Below are positions 1-14,066 of a stretch of DNA of 64,000 nucleotides, piece after piece (position 1 is the stretch's first letter; each line of letters starts with the position of its first letter). Position numbers and translations under genes: made by a program. Origin of the DNA: Pecten maximus (taxonomy: Eukaryota). The stretch is from positions 30,318,001-30,382,000 of the forward strand of contig NC_047016.1 in the NCBI RefSeq assembly GCF_902652985.1, written 5' to 3'. The notes under the pieces were generated by a model. It was not told the DNA's origin, ran no database searches, and saw nothing but the letters and a program-made list of their open reading frames with translations.

Positions 1-707
1 CGTTACTCAATGTTGACCGTTGCAAATCTTAGCTATTGTGAAGTTGATAATTGGCAATGAGCATTGATTCCACCAGGTGACAGTGAGGTCTACCACGTAC
101 TATTTCTTCCTGTCAAAATGTCTCGTACATTGTAACATGCCAGCACTTGGTATGCAATCGCTCGAATGAAGAAAAGTGTGTCATCAGTAATTGTTTTTGC
201 AGCCCAAATTGGTATAACCTCATCGGTGTGATACGAAACGATATCATAGCTAAAATTAAATATTAACTTATCATTTTAACAGTTTCACACTTATTTTAAT
301 TAAACGAGTCGAGTTGTATTTCTTTCATTATTAGTAGATTGCGCTGCGCTGTTTGCCACCGATGTCAGATATATTCGACTCCTTCAATTCAAGAAATTGT
401 CTGCAGAATTGCATGTACTTGAGAAAATTGATCTCTTTCTAGAAAACTTTATATTAAGTAGTTATGTCTAGATTGTTATAATCATAGTTTCAGGCTGTTG
501 TACACTTTCAGTAAGAATGCAATTTCTGTGTTATTTCTATATTTGTAGTCAATACTAACGATACAGACTATGGCCAAATCTTTCATCAATTGGAAAATAT
601 GACTGTTTCGCGGATTTACACAACATCACATCTCCAAAATGACAACACATTTTGCATTCGGTTTGCACACGTATTCCATCGTCCATTTCCTTCTCAAAGA
701 GGTTTTT

Positions 708-757
708 GATTGATTGATTGATTGATGGCGCTGAACGGCATTGTTCCAGTTATAACC
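708..757 (-). mobile_element. (GATT)n tract with adjacent probable 3' remnant of a SINE/LINE
   Basis: GATTGATTGATTGATTGAT at 708-726, followed by GGCGCTGAACGGCATTGTTCCAGTTATA. The reverse complement ends ...GTTCAGCGCCATCAATCAATCAATC, resembling the (AATC)n tails of mollusc retroposons. The microsatellite is certain; the retroposon origin is inferred. Confidence 0.4.
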
Positions 758-2379
758 GAGTCAGGGACACAGAAGAGGTGGTTGATAGCTTGATGAAGAG
801 ATGTATATGAGGAGAATCTGCTGAATCCCGAGCTTGCAGTCTGCAACAAGCCAATCTGGAAGTATTATATAACTGAAGTCTGTGAACTCATCATTAATTA
901 TGCACTCCCTGAAGGGACTTTCTTACACCTTCACCATACACATTCCGACATATCTGTTTCCAGGCTAAGATCTCTTCGTGTGATAGTGTCAACCTTTAGC
1001 AGTATTCAAATGCAAGTTCATCACGCAAGGTAGCATGCACTTTACTGTATTCTAGTCGATAAGCGCTTCTGACACCTATCGCGTTAGCCATTCAAATGTA
1101 TACTTGGTGTCCTATGACTTACCAAACACTTGCAGAAATCAATACCATATCAGGACGCATGAAAATAAATACTATCAATAAATACTATCAATACTATTGT
1201 CTACTTCGTCACCGTACTAAAGTCTTTTGTCCATATGATTCACATTTAAAAGATTGCGAACTGAATGCGCAACAATCATTTTCGTCATTTTGGTACACCA
1301 TTGAATACATAAAAAACTGTAGGACATGTTATAATATAGCTAGCAATAGTTAGGCCTTTGTTTTAACGAGGTTAAGCATACGAAATATAAAAATACTTAT
1401 CTATTTATTACTACAATTATTCCCTAGGTTTTGAAGTCGAAAAACAGCTAACCTCGGCAAAGCCTCAGACTGCCTGGTGTATTTGATTAATTCGTGACGT
1501 TCTTGTGTCCCTTATTGTCCTAAAAATACTTTTCGTCGGACTAGGAATAGGCATGGTTTTTTATCGTTAAACTTATACAAAAATACAATTAACAACAAGA
1601 TCAATGATACTTAGCTTGAAAACTCAAATGTCTTTGTTAAGGTTCACAGACATGCACACATTGCCAAACAAAAGTTGATATAAACTCAAGACTTTTTGAG
1701 ATTGTTGCAAGAAAAAAGAAAAGTTTGTTCGCTGTAAATGATTGATAGTCATAAGTGAAGGCGTTTATGTCACATCTGGAGGTTATCGTAAGCATGATGC
1801 GTAAAATACTTCGAGCTATCGTCCCAATGTCCGAAATTTGTGCAAAACTTCGTCATAGTTGATGCAGGGACGGCAACTGCAACATCAAATAGATTCAGAA
1901 AAAGTCAAAGTAAGTCGTCTATGCTTGAAGTTAATGATTTCAAAACGTCCATTTTAATTAAAAGAAGATACAGGTTTATCTGAAGAAACTTTTTGAAAGA
2001 GTCCATGCAAGGAGGAGTTGTCTTTATATTCCGTTATATTCGTTATGTCATAATCAATAATGCTTAAAACGTCCCTAATAAGGGGAAATATTTAAGATGA
2101 ACCACCCCTTAACCAGACCTTAATTTTCAAAATTGACCTGATAGGTTCTAATACTCGGATTGCTGTTGGAATCTCTGGAATTTTCAGTTATGTTTTACCT
2201 CCAACGGAATGGCACGCCATGCATTTAATTACCTAATCCGTAAAGAACCAGCAAATATATACTTTGCTTCCCTCATTTATTTTCAAATATGTATTAATCA
2301 TGTTACATCATTCTTCTTATTTGTTTTATTCTCAAATCGAGAGAATTTCAATGACTTCCCAAATGTTTCCACATTACAG

Positions 2380-2621
2380 ATAATCCGAATGGCAAAAACG
2401 ATTTCGGCGAAAGGTTACATCATGATGTGGTAGAAAAGAAATGTATAATGTTAGCGAACATGAGGGATACTACAACCTAATACATATTAACAATATCAAT
2501 GATGAAATTAACAGGTTATCCTATGCCAAATAACATTATGGAAAGGTCCATTGAAATATCGTCTACCCTAACAGTTATATTTCTAATGTAACGAAGGATG
2601 ATTTCCCCTGTGGAATTAACG
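2380..2621 (+). pseudogene. Possible decayed immunoglobulin (I-set-like) exon
   Basis: Acceptor tttccacattacAG (2379) and donor G|GTGAGA (2622). Ig-like motifs occur in the right order across frameshifts: YNVSEHEG, LTGYPMP/ITLWK (GxPxPxxxW), ISSTLTV/ISNVTKDDF (LTIxNVxxxD). Stops and frameshifts are present. Confidence 0.3.
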
Positions 2622-3755
2622 GTGAGACTTGGTGTCCTTGTTCAACTTATTTACATATATGGAAAGGGAATAACGTTTGTATTTGACCTGAGTTGGCATT
2701 TTGTCTGACATGATCCCCGTGAACTGATTTGACAGTCAATAGTATAGCACACAGCGATAGGAGACGATTTTATCGGATGGAATTTGATATACAATCATTG
2801 TATTGTATCGATATTGGATAGCTGTCTTTGACGCATTTAGAAACCCTAGGTTATAGCGATATAAGAAGATTACCTCTTAGACCATCTTCCTGATTGCGAT
2901 TGCTATTGGTGGAGGGCATATACATTCAAAGAAGCATATCAAATTGCCACATGCTTTTGACATATTAAGGTACATCGACATCAGCTTTAGAAAGTCCCTC
3001 TGAAATTACGCCATGCCCCATGTAGCATAACTAGCTTATAAAGTCCTCTGGAATCACGTGACATCCCTTTTCGCATAGTGATATACAGTTAATGTAACAA
3101 AAGAAATTGTTTGAATTTAATATTCAAGTATAGTATGATAGTGCTTTGCTTGTATGTGTCCAAACTACAAAGTGATTTAATTGGGCATTTCTATGACAAA
3201 AACACAATGTAAGACATCTGTTGTTCACATATAATATGACCGTGTCTTGTAACGCTTATAAAACTTATCCCAGCATACATATTGAGACAATTGGGACTTA
3301 ATTGTGACGAAGACAGATGATAGTACAACAGTTTTCTGTAACGTTGGTATATTATGTCCAAATATATATGCTGTTACCATTTGTCCTCTTACCATTTTTA
3401 TAACTAGGATGTCAGATGGTTGGCTATGGAATGGTTTGACACTCAAATGATTCTATATCTATATTCGGAGGTTTCTTGAACGCCCAGCACTTTTTAATAA
3501 GTGATTAACCATACACTTATTTATGATTTTTATCTTAAACTTGATCTTTTATTAAGTTTTATCTGTGTGTTCTCGGTGGTTTTATTTGAAATCTGACTTA
3601 TATACCTATCTTAGAATTGATTATATAATGGTCAGTAACATACTTGATTGCACATTAAACCTATATAATTGTACACATCATTATATGACGATCGTCTGTT
3701 ATGTTATTGGACATCTAAGTTAAAGGGATACCAATCGTCTAACATATAGTTATAG

Positions 3756-3906
3756 AGGTTACACAACGAGTGGTTGTTGAATATGGAATTTATTTCACAC
3801 TCGTAAGTCATTTTTTTAAAAGCTAAAGCTCGTGTCTTTCGTAACTTTTAAAGAATAGCTTACTCGTAAAAAAATACATATCCAAAAATCACGAGTCGGG
3901 TGACCT
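3756..3906. mobile_element. Imperfect foldback, old non-autonomous DNA element (may extend to about 4119)
   Basis: Left arm AGGTTACACAACGAGTGGTTGTTGAATATG versus the reverse complement of the right arm AGGTCACCCGACTCGTGATTTTTGGATATG, 22/30 identical. Pairing continues inward (GTAAG..TTTAAAAG / CTTTTTAAAG..CTTAC). Confidence 0.5.
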
Positions 3907-6229
3907 GTTTCTACCACAATAATATCGACTTGATTCAAAGAGAATTGTGGCTAAGTCTAATTTGGCGTACGCAAATAAGGTGTACAGATGGCGGCCGGGA
4001 CCCTGTGTTGTGACGTCATTCGATTATTGATGACGTCAATAACAATTGCAGCTCGGGTCAAAGTTCGAATTCTTGACCAATCAAAAGACCTGAAGGTCAT
4101 ATTCCACTAGTGGTATATAACATATATTTATCGAACATTCGGGATATTTATACAATGGCTTGAGAGTGGAATAACACAGCGTATTGTGGTAGAAACAGTG
4201 TTACATGATAGTCTATTATTGAACATCCAAAGTTACAATGAGAAAATAGCATCTTATAACGCTTTATCAGATAACCTCTCTCATATTAAAATGAAATGGG
4301 GGCATTTCCTGTACGATATATTCATTTCACCTTATACACTGAGGTACATTTTCAAAACGATATATTATCATGTCTTGTTTGTCAAATTCGCATACATTTG
4401 TATAATTGTGCAATTTGTATAATTGTGAACTAACGCCATTTTAGCTAATATTTATGAGGTGCTTATATGTAATAGTTGTTAATATTCTTTCAAGATTTAT
4501 TTCCCTTATCTGTATGACTAATAAGCCGTGTGATGACTGGATGTGTTTTCTTTACCATTCCAGGGAAGCCGTTGTCAGAACATATAGTATTAGTGGGTGA
4601 CATATATGTCCGGCGACCGAGTCAGACAGCCCTATATTACCTTTATGAGTTTATACATCATAAGAGGTGTCAGACGCTAAGACGAGGGATAATTCGCTAG
4701 AGCACTATTGCGTTTGTACGATAAGGCCACACTTGTGTTAACACGACGAACTGACCTACCCTGACAAGACTTTCACACCTTTCAATTCATCCCCTTTGTG
4801 TGTGGTATTTCTAAACCAAACTGTAAACCGCTTCACGTTAAAGTGAGAGTTGATGTCAATCATTCCATTTGGAGTTTCAGTATAAACTTCTTATCTTGTA
4901 AAACCTTCTTTGTTCGCTTTATTCAAAGACCAATAAATTACTTCTACAGACAAATTCAATTTCCATTTTACAACAAAAAAACAAACTATTGAAGGACAAT
5001 CCTGTAGATAGCAATAGAAATTTAACAAAAAAAAATAAATATCATTATGTCAGACAGTTTTACTGATAAATATTTACAGTTATATCTTAATACCTCAAAT
5101 GATTTAAGACAAGTTGAATTGTTTCAGGCAGTTAAAGATATCTAACTTTTTACATATGAATAGAAATTTGAAGAGTACCACACGTGGTGCTTGAGGAAAT
5201 GTTTCCAGATAACATGTTTCGCTGTTCTTGCCACCTTTTGATACTTTCTTTGAATCCATATATCTTATAAACTTCATAGAAGTTAAAAAAAATAAGCGTA
5301 AAAATTGTGTTGTAATTTTGTGTGTTGTTTTCTTTATGATACACATTACCATGTGCGCTCAAATAACAAAATGCCTTTCAATGCAACTTGTCCAAAATAT
5401 GGTTTGTTATCGAACATTGAAAGAGACATTTGTCAAGATGTTTATATCTTAACTTTTCACTCCCTTTTAAAAAAAATATTATTTTAATAAGTACCACTTT
5501 TTAACACATCAAATTTCGATGGAATTCATATCAGCTAAGAATGCCCTATTCCACATTACGTCATAACTCTGACGTCGACTACCACTGATTTTTATTCATT
5601 AAATTCACATTATTTCGATAATTCATTCTTTTATCGTGAGATTGTTTTTTTTTATATTTTTCAAATGTAACCATTGAACCGTCTTCAATTGTCATTTATC
5701 AAAAAAAAAGAAGTGAAATTGAAAAAGCGTTAAGATTTCAACTCAAAGTAATTAGAAGTACAGGGTTAAGGGGAAAAAAATACTATGAACCATCACCAAA
5801 CACAGGTTGTCACAAAAATCTGACTCTAAATATTCATTCCTTCGTTAGGTATAAACGGATACCGACATAAGTCATCGGTTTTAATTTTAGACTTATGTGG
5901 AAAGTACTATATGAAATGAGATATCATTTACCGGAAATGTTTCTAAAGAATGAGTTTACTTGATTTTTCAAAGTTCTTGTATTCTATTATTGTAACTGCC
6001 CGAAATTATAACGTGGATTTTGATGTCACACTAACGTTTACGAAGAGTCAATATATATCGTATTCCATCACCTAGTAATCTGGGAATTGCCGGTATTATG
6101 TAATCTTAATTAACATAAGAAGCTTTGGTGTGTATACTAGTCAGTTCAGTGGCTTAGAATCCATAGTGTGTAATGTAGCTACAAGAGATTTTTGGTGCCC
6201 TTACAGTCATTGCTGGAAGATCTAAGTCG

Positions 6230-6560
6230 GTTCCAAGTAAGCTCGTTTACGTATCTTTGGTTACACTAGTTTTCATTGTAGCCAGTCAGTACGCTTAAGC
6301 AACTCAAGCACATACTTCACCTACCAATAAGTTTAGGCGGCTACACTTTCACGACTCTAGTAGTTTTTGCAAGCCATTACGTCAAGGCAAGTCATGTACC
6401 AGCTTGTAAGCTTATGCGATCCCATTTTGTATTTTAGCCAGTTAGTAAGCTTACCTTACGCGTCCCAGTATATATTCATGTAGATAGCAAGAGACTCGAG
6501 TACGTAAGCTTAGGTGACATGACTCAATTAAATACTTTAGGCAGCCAGTAAGCTTAGACA
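6230..6560. repeat. Highly degenerate minisatellite with a recurring GTAAGCTTA core
   Basis: Exact GTAAGCTTA at 6406, 6445, 6504 and 6548. Variants GTAAGCTC (about 6237), GTACGCTTA (about 6289) and TAAGTTTAGG (about 6328). Several are preceded by AGCCAG. Confidence 0.5.
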
Positions 6561-9042
6561 TCATCTCCATATCCTTTGCTCGGCCAAACATATTCATGCC
6601 TCAAGTATGTAATGTTGTCAGGTAGTGTTCAAAGACGGCTTCTGCATATGTCCTAGTCAGACAACGGTCAACACTTTAGTTTTCTAACGTTAAGTATTTC
6701 AATATGCTATGTCAGGTTGCCCTATCGTTTGCTGTTATCAGTTTGCATTAGAATTACAGCATGTTGCTTTTTTCAGAGAGTTTCTCAAACAGCTCCATTA
6801 CATCCAGGTAACAATAAATACGCAAGAGGAATTCCCACCAGGAAAAAAGAACAAAAACTACAAAAAAACATTTGTATTTTTAATATAAAATATCATATAT
6901 TCAGATATAAAATGGCATAAACAGTTCATGGTTATTGTTTAAAATATAAATGATTTTTTTAAAAAGAATTTGGTTTGTTTTAAGAGGCATATACATAATA
7001 AACTCCTATTGGTGTACAACAAGTGCTTATATATTTACGTGTTTGTGCACGGATGTGCGTTGTATTGTCGTATTATATCATAGCATAACATATCAATTGT
7101 TTGAGAATAAACAGTCTTATAAATGAGATATTAACAAAATAAATCTTAAGACGTATAGTAAATTACTTAATTTACTTTAATTTTATATATACATAACAAC
7201 ACAACGTAATGTACTTATATTTTTTCTAATTCCATTACAACTATACATAGAACCAATCCTGGGAAGGGAGACAACCCTTTGTTTATATTTCTCTTATTTG
7301 TTATGCTCGCGTAAGATATGCGTGAATGGAGAACAGTTATTTCGCATATGTCATAGACTAATGCGATTGGTAGAATGGCTCATATTAACAGCATACACCA
7401 GCTTCACACTGTGTTCTTTATCATAATCGCTTATATTTAAGACTTACAAATATACAAAGCGTATCACTTTTTATCAACATCTAATAGTAAGTTTGTCTGT
7501 TATGTTGTTAATATATTGTTTGTAGAAAAAACAACTATTCATCATGCTCCAAAAAAGTGTTCTGGGTAAAGAAATATACAGATAATTCCACTTTTAAGCA
7601 TTTTACCTATTATCAATATTGTCAGCGTCTTAGTATTTAGATATTGATTGAAAAAATATAAATATCTATATTAAACTATACAATAATCACTCTACTTACA
7701 ATACTAACGCCAATATCTCGAGAGGCACAAATATATCAATCTAGATACACAAATAACAAAATGGGATTCACACAACTTCGTTACGTTAATTAACTTAACG
7801 GATATATTATTTTGTACCTGTCAGTGCTTTATTTCGTTCCTAATGTTGAAGTTTTAAATTATATAGTTCTATATATGATAATTGGGTATTAAAATAGTTT
7901 GTGACAGTGTTAATGTTAAATATTGGATATTATATTGAATCACGTCAACCTGATCATACAATATGACTCATTACTTTTAGTAAGTACCTTATGGGTTTGT
8001 CATCTACTTTTTATATACATACGATTTATTGTTGCTTAATATGTCTCTGATCTGGTAACATTGATGCAAACTTAAAACTGTAAACTATCCGCCATAGTTA
8101 TATATGTAATAGATTTCAAAAATGTATCCTGATTTATATTACTAGGCATAGTTAAATATTTAATCTATTTCAGAAATGTATCTTGATGTATATTTGTCTT
8201 TATTTTATTCTTTTATTTCTTTTTGTTGTTTTGCTTGTTTGGTTGGTTTTTTTATATTATTTTTTAGGAAGATGTGTCATTCATAAATGGATATGCTATT
8301 TATATATAGGATGATAAATTACTTTAAATAAAATAAAATGTACATAATCGCTTGTATTAAATCGTAGACACGTTACAGATACAGGAGTGTAGCATCGCTC
8401 AAAGTTAATTCCACGGTGTTAAACTAGATTTGACAAGAGTGAAAAATTATTTATTTATATCTTCTAATTAACGATTCAGCATGCATTCAATGTTCTATTA
8501 TATACATATCATATGCAAATAGTATCTAACGTGATGTAACTCATTTCAGGTTAAACTTTGATCATGGTCGAGCCGAGAAAGTTCATTTTCTCGCGGGAAC
8601 TGTCTGGTATCAGAACACCATAAATTACCCCGGGGGAGACTAAAACTAATGTCTAACTCAGGGGAGGTTTATGATACCGACCAAATGGTACACAATCACG
8701 TTTTTATATTGTATAGACCACCTATGGTAGGTTTCATTTGGATTGCCATATATAATATATATTTTTGAAATGAACGAATATAGGACTAAATATGTATCCA
8801 GTACACAATGTGTAACTTTTACTTCATTCTTCAAATTTTATGTTTATCACCTGCATAGCGATTTTGAATAATGATGTTAAATTGTCCTTTCGTGTAATAT
8901 GTTTTCTAATGTATTTAGGTCACTGTAACGTATACATAGCAAAAGAATGCATTATAAAGAACGTATATTTGTTGATATAGACATAACAATACATCATTTA
9001 CTCGTCAGTAGAGTGTCAAATCTCCTATCTCGGTTCATTTTC

Positions 9043-9148
9043 GTTTGTTTGTTTGTTTGTTTGGGGTTTTTTTTTGCAAAAAACATATATTAATTAAATA
9101 ACAACTACATATTATCTTTTTCGTTTATCATATATATATATATATATA
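9043..9148. repeat. (GTTT)n and (AT)n microsatellites
   Basis: GTTT x5 at 9043-9062; AT dinucleotide run at 9130-9148. Confidence 0.9.
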
Positions 9149-12100
9149 CCTTTTATAACTAAGATTTATAATAATTATTTCCGTGAAAGTTTGAATCGTA
9201 ATTGTCTTCGCTATTCATAGAAATATGACTGGTTGAAATGCAGCTGCATGCGTTAAATGTTGGTAAAGTCAGAAAACAATATTTCGTCTATTATTTCTGA
9301 TGTGAATCACAGCATCATCAGCCTACATACCACTTCGATTGCTGTTATGATATTAATAATTACTTATAATATAAAGTACTTTTTATCTTTGTTACACATA
9401 TTTATTTTATGTAACAACAATATGTATTATCGGTATTCACATTCATATTCTATCAATAAACAATATCTGTTTTTATAACATATGTTAAACCTTTATCTTC
9501 CAAATAACATCAATATCATCCTTAGCTATCAAAAATATAGACTATGAGAAATAGTACAGCGCACTTGGTCATAGAACTATCAACTTTATATACTCACATA
9601 GTAGTATATTTGTAGGATTCAGATAATGAAGGCAGACTATTCGACAATCAGTATATCAGGTCCCTTATAATAATGTATAAATATTTTCATATCGTTTAGC
9701 CAAACTTTCGTTACTTTACTTTCAAAATTATAATGACATATTTCTGTCTATATACATTGTATATATATATATGACAATTTTTTTCCCAGGAAGCAATGTA
9801 TTTGTATGAATAACTTCATTCCCCTTAAATGCAGAATTGTATGAATAATACATTCTTTGAATTATCAGTCAAAATCAATTTAACCATTTCAGTCAAAATG
9901 AATTAAAACATTTTAAAGTAACATACATATGTTGTATATGTTAATCTTATAGACGAATGTTTCCCGATTAAGCATTTGATTTAAAGTGTCTGTCAAAATC
10001 AAATTCATTTTTATCATATAAATCACCATAAACAAATCAAACTGTATTTTAGAATAGCACAACTAACTATTAATATCATCAACTGCACACACCTATTGTC
10101 ACTTGGCCATTCATTAATTGCCCATCCTATATTTGTTACACATATATAACATATCTTTTATTTCGAAGATTAGACTCCTGAACGAAGAGATCAGATGTTA
10201 GCTATATATTGTAATTTGTTTTATCTTGATATTTATTTCATGTTCACACTTGTTACAGTAGCTGTTACTTCATTTATAATTTATTTACCCAATAATTGTT
10301 TCTCCTCAAAAACAATTTACTTGCATGGATGTCATGCACGTACATGTATACTCGATATGATTATCACTAATTACGGCTTCCAAATTTGAACAAGAAGATT
10401 TAGGTTTAATCATAGATAGTAATTTATGTAAACTTTCATATCACTAAACATATGTCAACAATGTGAGACCTAAATACTATGTTTAAACAACTAAAACTAG
10501 AGTACAATCCTCAACATACATACTAGTTTATAATTGACGACGGGGAATTAGTAAAATGAAGCATTGTAGTTACACGGCCAAAATACATATCATCAACTCG
10601 CGAAATAGTCATTTTGCATGTCCAACATTTATTCTATTCATATCTATTGATCATTATTGTTTAATATTATTTTAGTTCTTTCGTAATTACTAAAATCGAT
10701 TTCATCCTTAATATTAAGTCAATTTCAATAATAAATCTATCGACTGTGCTTGCCTATCAACAATATTACTTCACGTTAAGTACTTATATGTGTAGAGCTT
10801 TATTGCTCTTGCATTATTTCTGAAAATCTTTAAAATATATTATAAATAAGAACACATATAGTCTAGTTTTTTACGAAAACGTAAGGATAACTGGTTTTTA
10901 CTTTTTTTATATATCATTCACATTTGTTATTAAAACCTAAAGCATCCTTTTGAGTCGAAAGGTTACAAGAGATTATTAATTAAACATAATCAAATGTTTT
11001 CCTATATGTACAATATTCATAAATAAATAACTTATATCGAATATAATATCGCTTATATTATGGCTCAGCATAGACAAATGTAATAACCATAAAACCAGCA
11101 AAACTTATTTCAGTTTTCACAAACCATACAATTCAAGAGGAAATGATCAACAAATCAGTATAAATAGTAGTTATTTAGTGACGATCGAGGTATATTATTT
11201 AGAAATGAAAGCATGCATAATAAAAACACACATCATAATTTGCCTGACCGCCTCAATACAAATTTGTTTCAACAATTTGTATCCAAGGCATTATTGCTAT
11301 CATTATTGAACAAATGAGCTGTCTACTGCTGTCATTTAGTAAGTTTTCTATAAAAAAAAATTGTCTACTAATTTGAGGGGAAACAACTAATTTATTTATT
11401 TTCGTTTTAGTATAGTTTACTGTACAGTTAGATTTGTTATGTATTTTGTTGTTTTCTTTGTTTTTATCGTGTTTAATATAATCATAATTCATATAATATG
11501 TGTATGTTAAGTTCTAAACCTATTAAATTTGTTTATTAACTGAGCTACACATGGACTCATATCCATGTTTAAGTCTGTATTTCATCCACATGTGGCCCAT
11601 GTTAGAAGATCGATTTTTTTTCTGTGTATCAATGCAGCCAAATATAATTCACAATACGAGTGTTTTGATTGACTTTTATTTGACGCAAGCATCGTATGAT
11701 ATTTAATATGGAGCTATATTTCATACACGTTCACATTTTAAACGAGGTATTGAAGGAATATAATGTATTCATCATTACAATAAAACTATTTGGTTAAAGC
11801 AAATTAGCCCAGGTGAAATTCAACCCAGGGAAACTTAGTCATATATGTGTTCAGCTGTATTTTACATTCGGTACTATAACCTTGCACTGATGTTATTGTT
11901 TACGTCGTTAAATTTTCTATTTCCTCGACGTGTATGATGTTTCTTTTATCTACAGGTCGCAAATGAAAACTTTGAAATGGTTTCTAAATTTAATAAACGT
12001 TTAAAATTGGCTTCATAATTACAGTGTTTTACATAAAAGCATTTTTCATGAGGTAATTGTTTTATTAGTCAGTAGTAACAGTGTACATATAACTTTTCTG

Positions 12101-13328
12101 TGTAATTTCAACGTCTTTTAACATGAAACATTTCAGATAAATGTGATAATTATAGTAAAAAGGCCTAACATTTCCCCCAATATAAGTAAATAAATAAATA
12201 CTACACTGGTATCAAAATATGTCCATCTATTTAATATAAGACTTAAGCTCACATTTAAAATGTGTGTAAAACCTCTATATATATTCATTAAATATTTCAC
12301 CTACAATTGAAAAATAAAAGCACATAAACTATCGACAAATAGTAAATGGAATTACATGTGCAAATGGCCATATACAATTTAATATTAAAAATCAAATTTG
12401 TATTTTTTTACCTATTATTTCATTATTATCCTATTTGAATTTCTGTTTACAATTCCAGCAAGTTGAAATGCAATAAATGTATACTATAATAACTTTCAGG
12501 TAGTTGAATGTAAAACGAACGAAACTACTAGGTAAATGACTCAAATGACACTAAAACCGATTTATAGTAACATGATGGTCACGTGATTATAATAACTATC
12601 TCTGTACCGACAATTGCACTGAAAATCGATATCGGAAGGTGTAATACAGTGTCAACAAGGTCGTTTGTACAGTATTACTCTGCTCTTCTCCGTTTTGTAT
12701 AGGTCACCACAGAGATATTTTATTACATAGAACGACGGATTTACATACCAGTATATAATCAAATGCAAAATTTAAGAAAAAAGATGTTTATTTAGGATTT
12801 TGTAGATAATCAACCACATATTTGTGATTAAAAATATCAATATATGATAAACATTTCAATCTAAATGAAAGATTTATTGTTGTGACAATCTTTTCTCATT
12901 ACCCAAAACAATGTATTTATGTTGATAGGAAAGGAAACATATCTAGTCATTAATCAAATGATACTATGTATATGCTTAAACAATATACAGAATGCATTGG
13001 TCAAAATATCTCTTTCACTCTTGAATATGAGTATGATATTGAATAATTGATATAATATAGGATATTCGTAGATGTTAAGCAATACATATGCTTTGGTAAT
13101 TAAAAAATATCCGATGGAACATTTAAGGTGAATTTCGTATAATCACGTACAGGGCAAACATTAAATAAATAGTTGATTGTAATATAGACAAACACATATA
13201 GGAACGTATGGCCTAGATATGATGACCAGATGTTTCTCAATTCCATTTCAATATATCTTAAACACTATAAATGTTGATGTAACTATAAAACCTAATTTAT
13301 TGTAAGGACCTAGTGTAGTAACTACAAG

Positions 13329-14066
13329 ATGTATATCAGTGTACTGGCTTTTCTATTCTTACTGCATTTCACTAAAATACATTCAGCCTCAGGGCTAAAG
13401 GTTAAAGGTCAACAAAAAAAAAGAGAAATAAAAACAGACGATGATCAGGATGTTAATTCTCATATGACCCATTTCGTATTTTGTTTCTCGGAAAATTTAA
13501 TTGTTGTCGGAATACACATCAACGAATCAGCTTTATGAAGAATGACATTAAGTACAAAAACGTCATATTCAATTAGGCCAGCCTAGATATATTCAGAATT
13601 TAGATTTTTTTCTTTTTCACAGATATGAAATGGTATCAAGCACATGTCGCTCGGTACAATGGCTGGTAAGAGCGTGGCAATGCATATAAATAAACCATCG
13701 TGAATAAGCACTGACTAAACCACATTATTACACGTTCGATTTGATTTCATGGCATAGACTCAGTCAGGTTTGTACTACAGAAATATGGACAAGAAATTGA
13801 TGTAAATCAATGCTCAACAACATGGATTCACTACACATATGTCTGATAGACATAGACGTGTATTGTTTAGAAGTATACATTAATGACAAGAGTTCATCTA
13901 AACCTACCGCATACAATCGTCCGCTCACTCAAGTAGGAAGCACTGGTCGGTAAATATACCCTGTGAAACGAGAAATATGATTGTGACTTAAACTTCTCCG
14001 ATTTACAGGGTAAGGCTACACACACCAGCCATGGTTGTCAGGGACAGTAGTATATATGGTATGTAG
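13329..14066 (+). CDS. Putative three-exon gene (or pseudogene) for a 59-aa secreted peptide; exons 13329-13407, 13623-13665, 14009-14066
   Basis: TATAAAA at 13284. ATG at 13329 opens a signal-peptide-like stretch MYISVLAFLFLLHFTKIHSA. Exon 2 has a strong acceptor (tttctttttcacAG) and donor (TG|GTAAGA). Exon 3 acceptor is ttctccgatttacAG. The joined 180 nt stay in frame: MYISVLAFLFLLHFTKIHSASGLKVKDMKWYQAHVARYNGWVRLHTPAMVVRDSSIYGM*. The exon 1 donor (G|GTCAAC) is weak. Confidence 0.3.
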
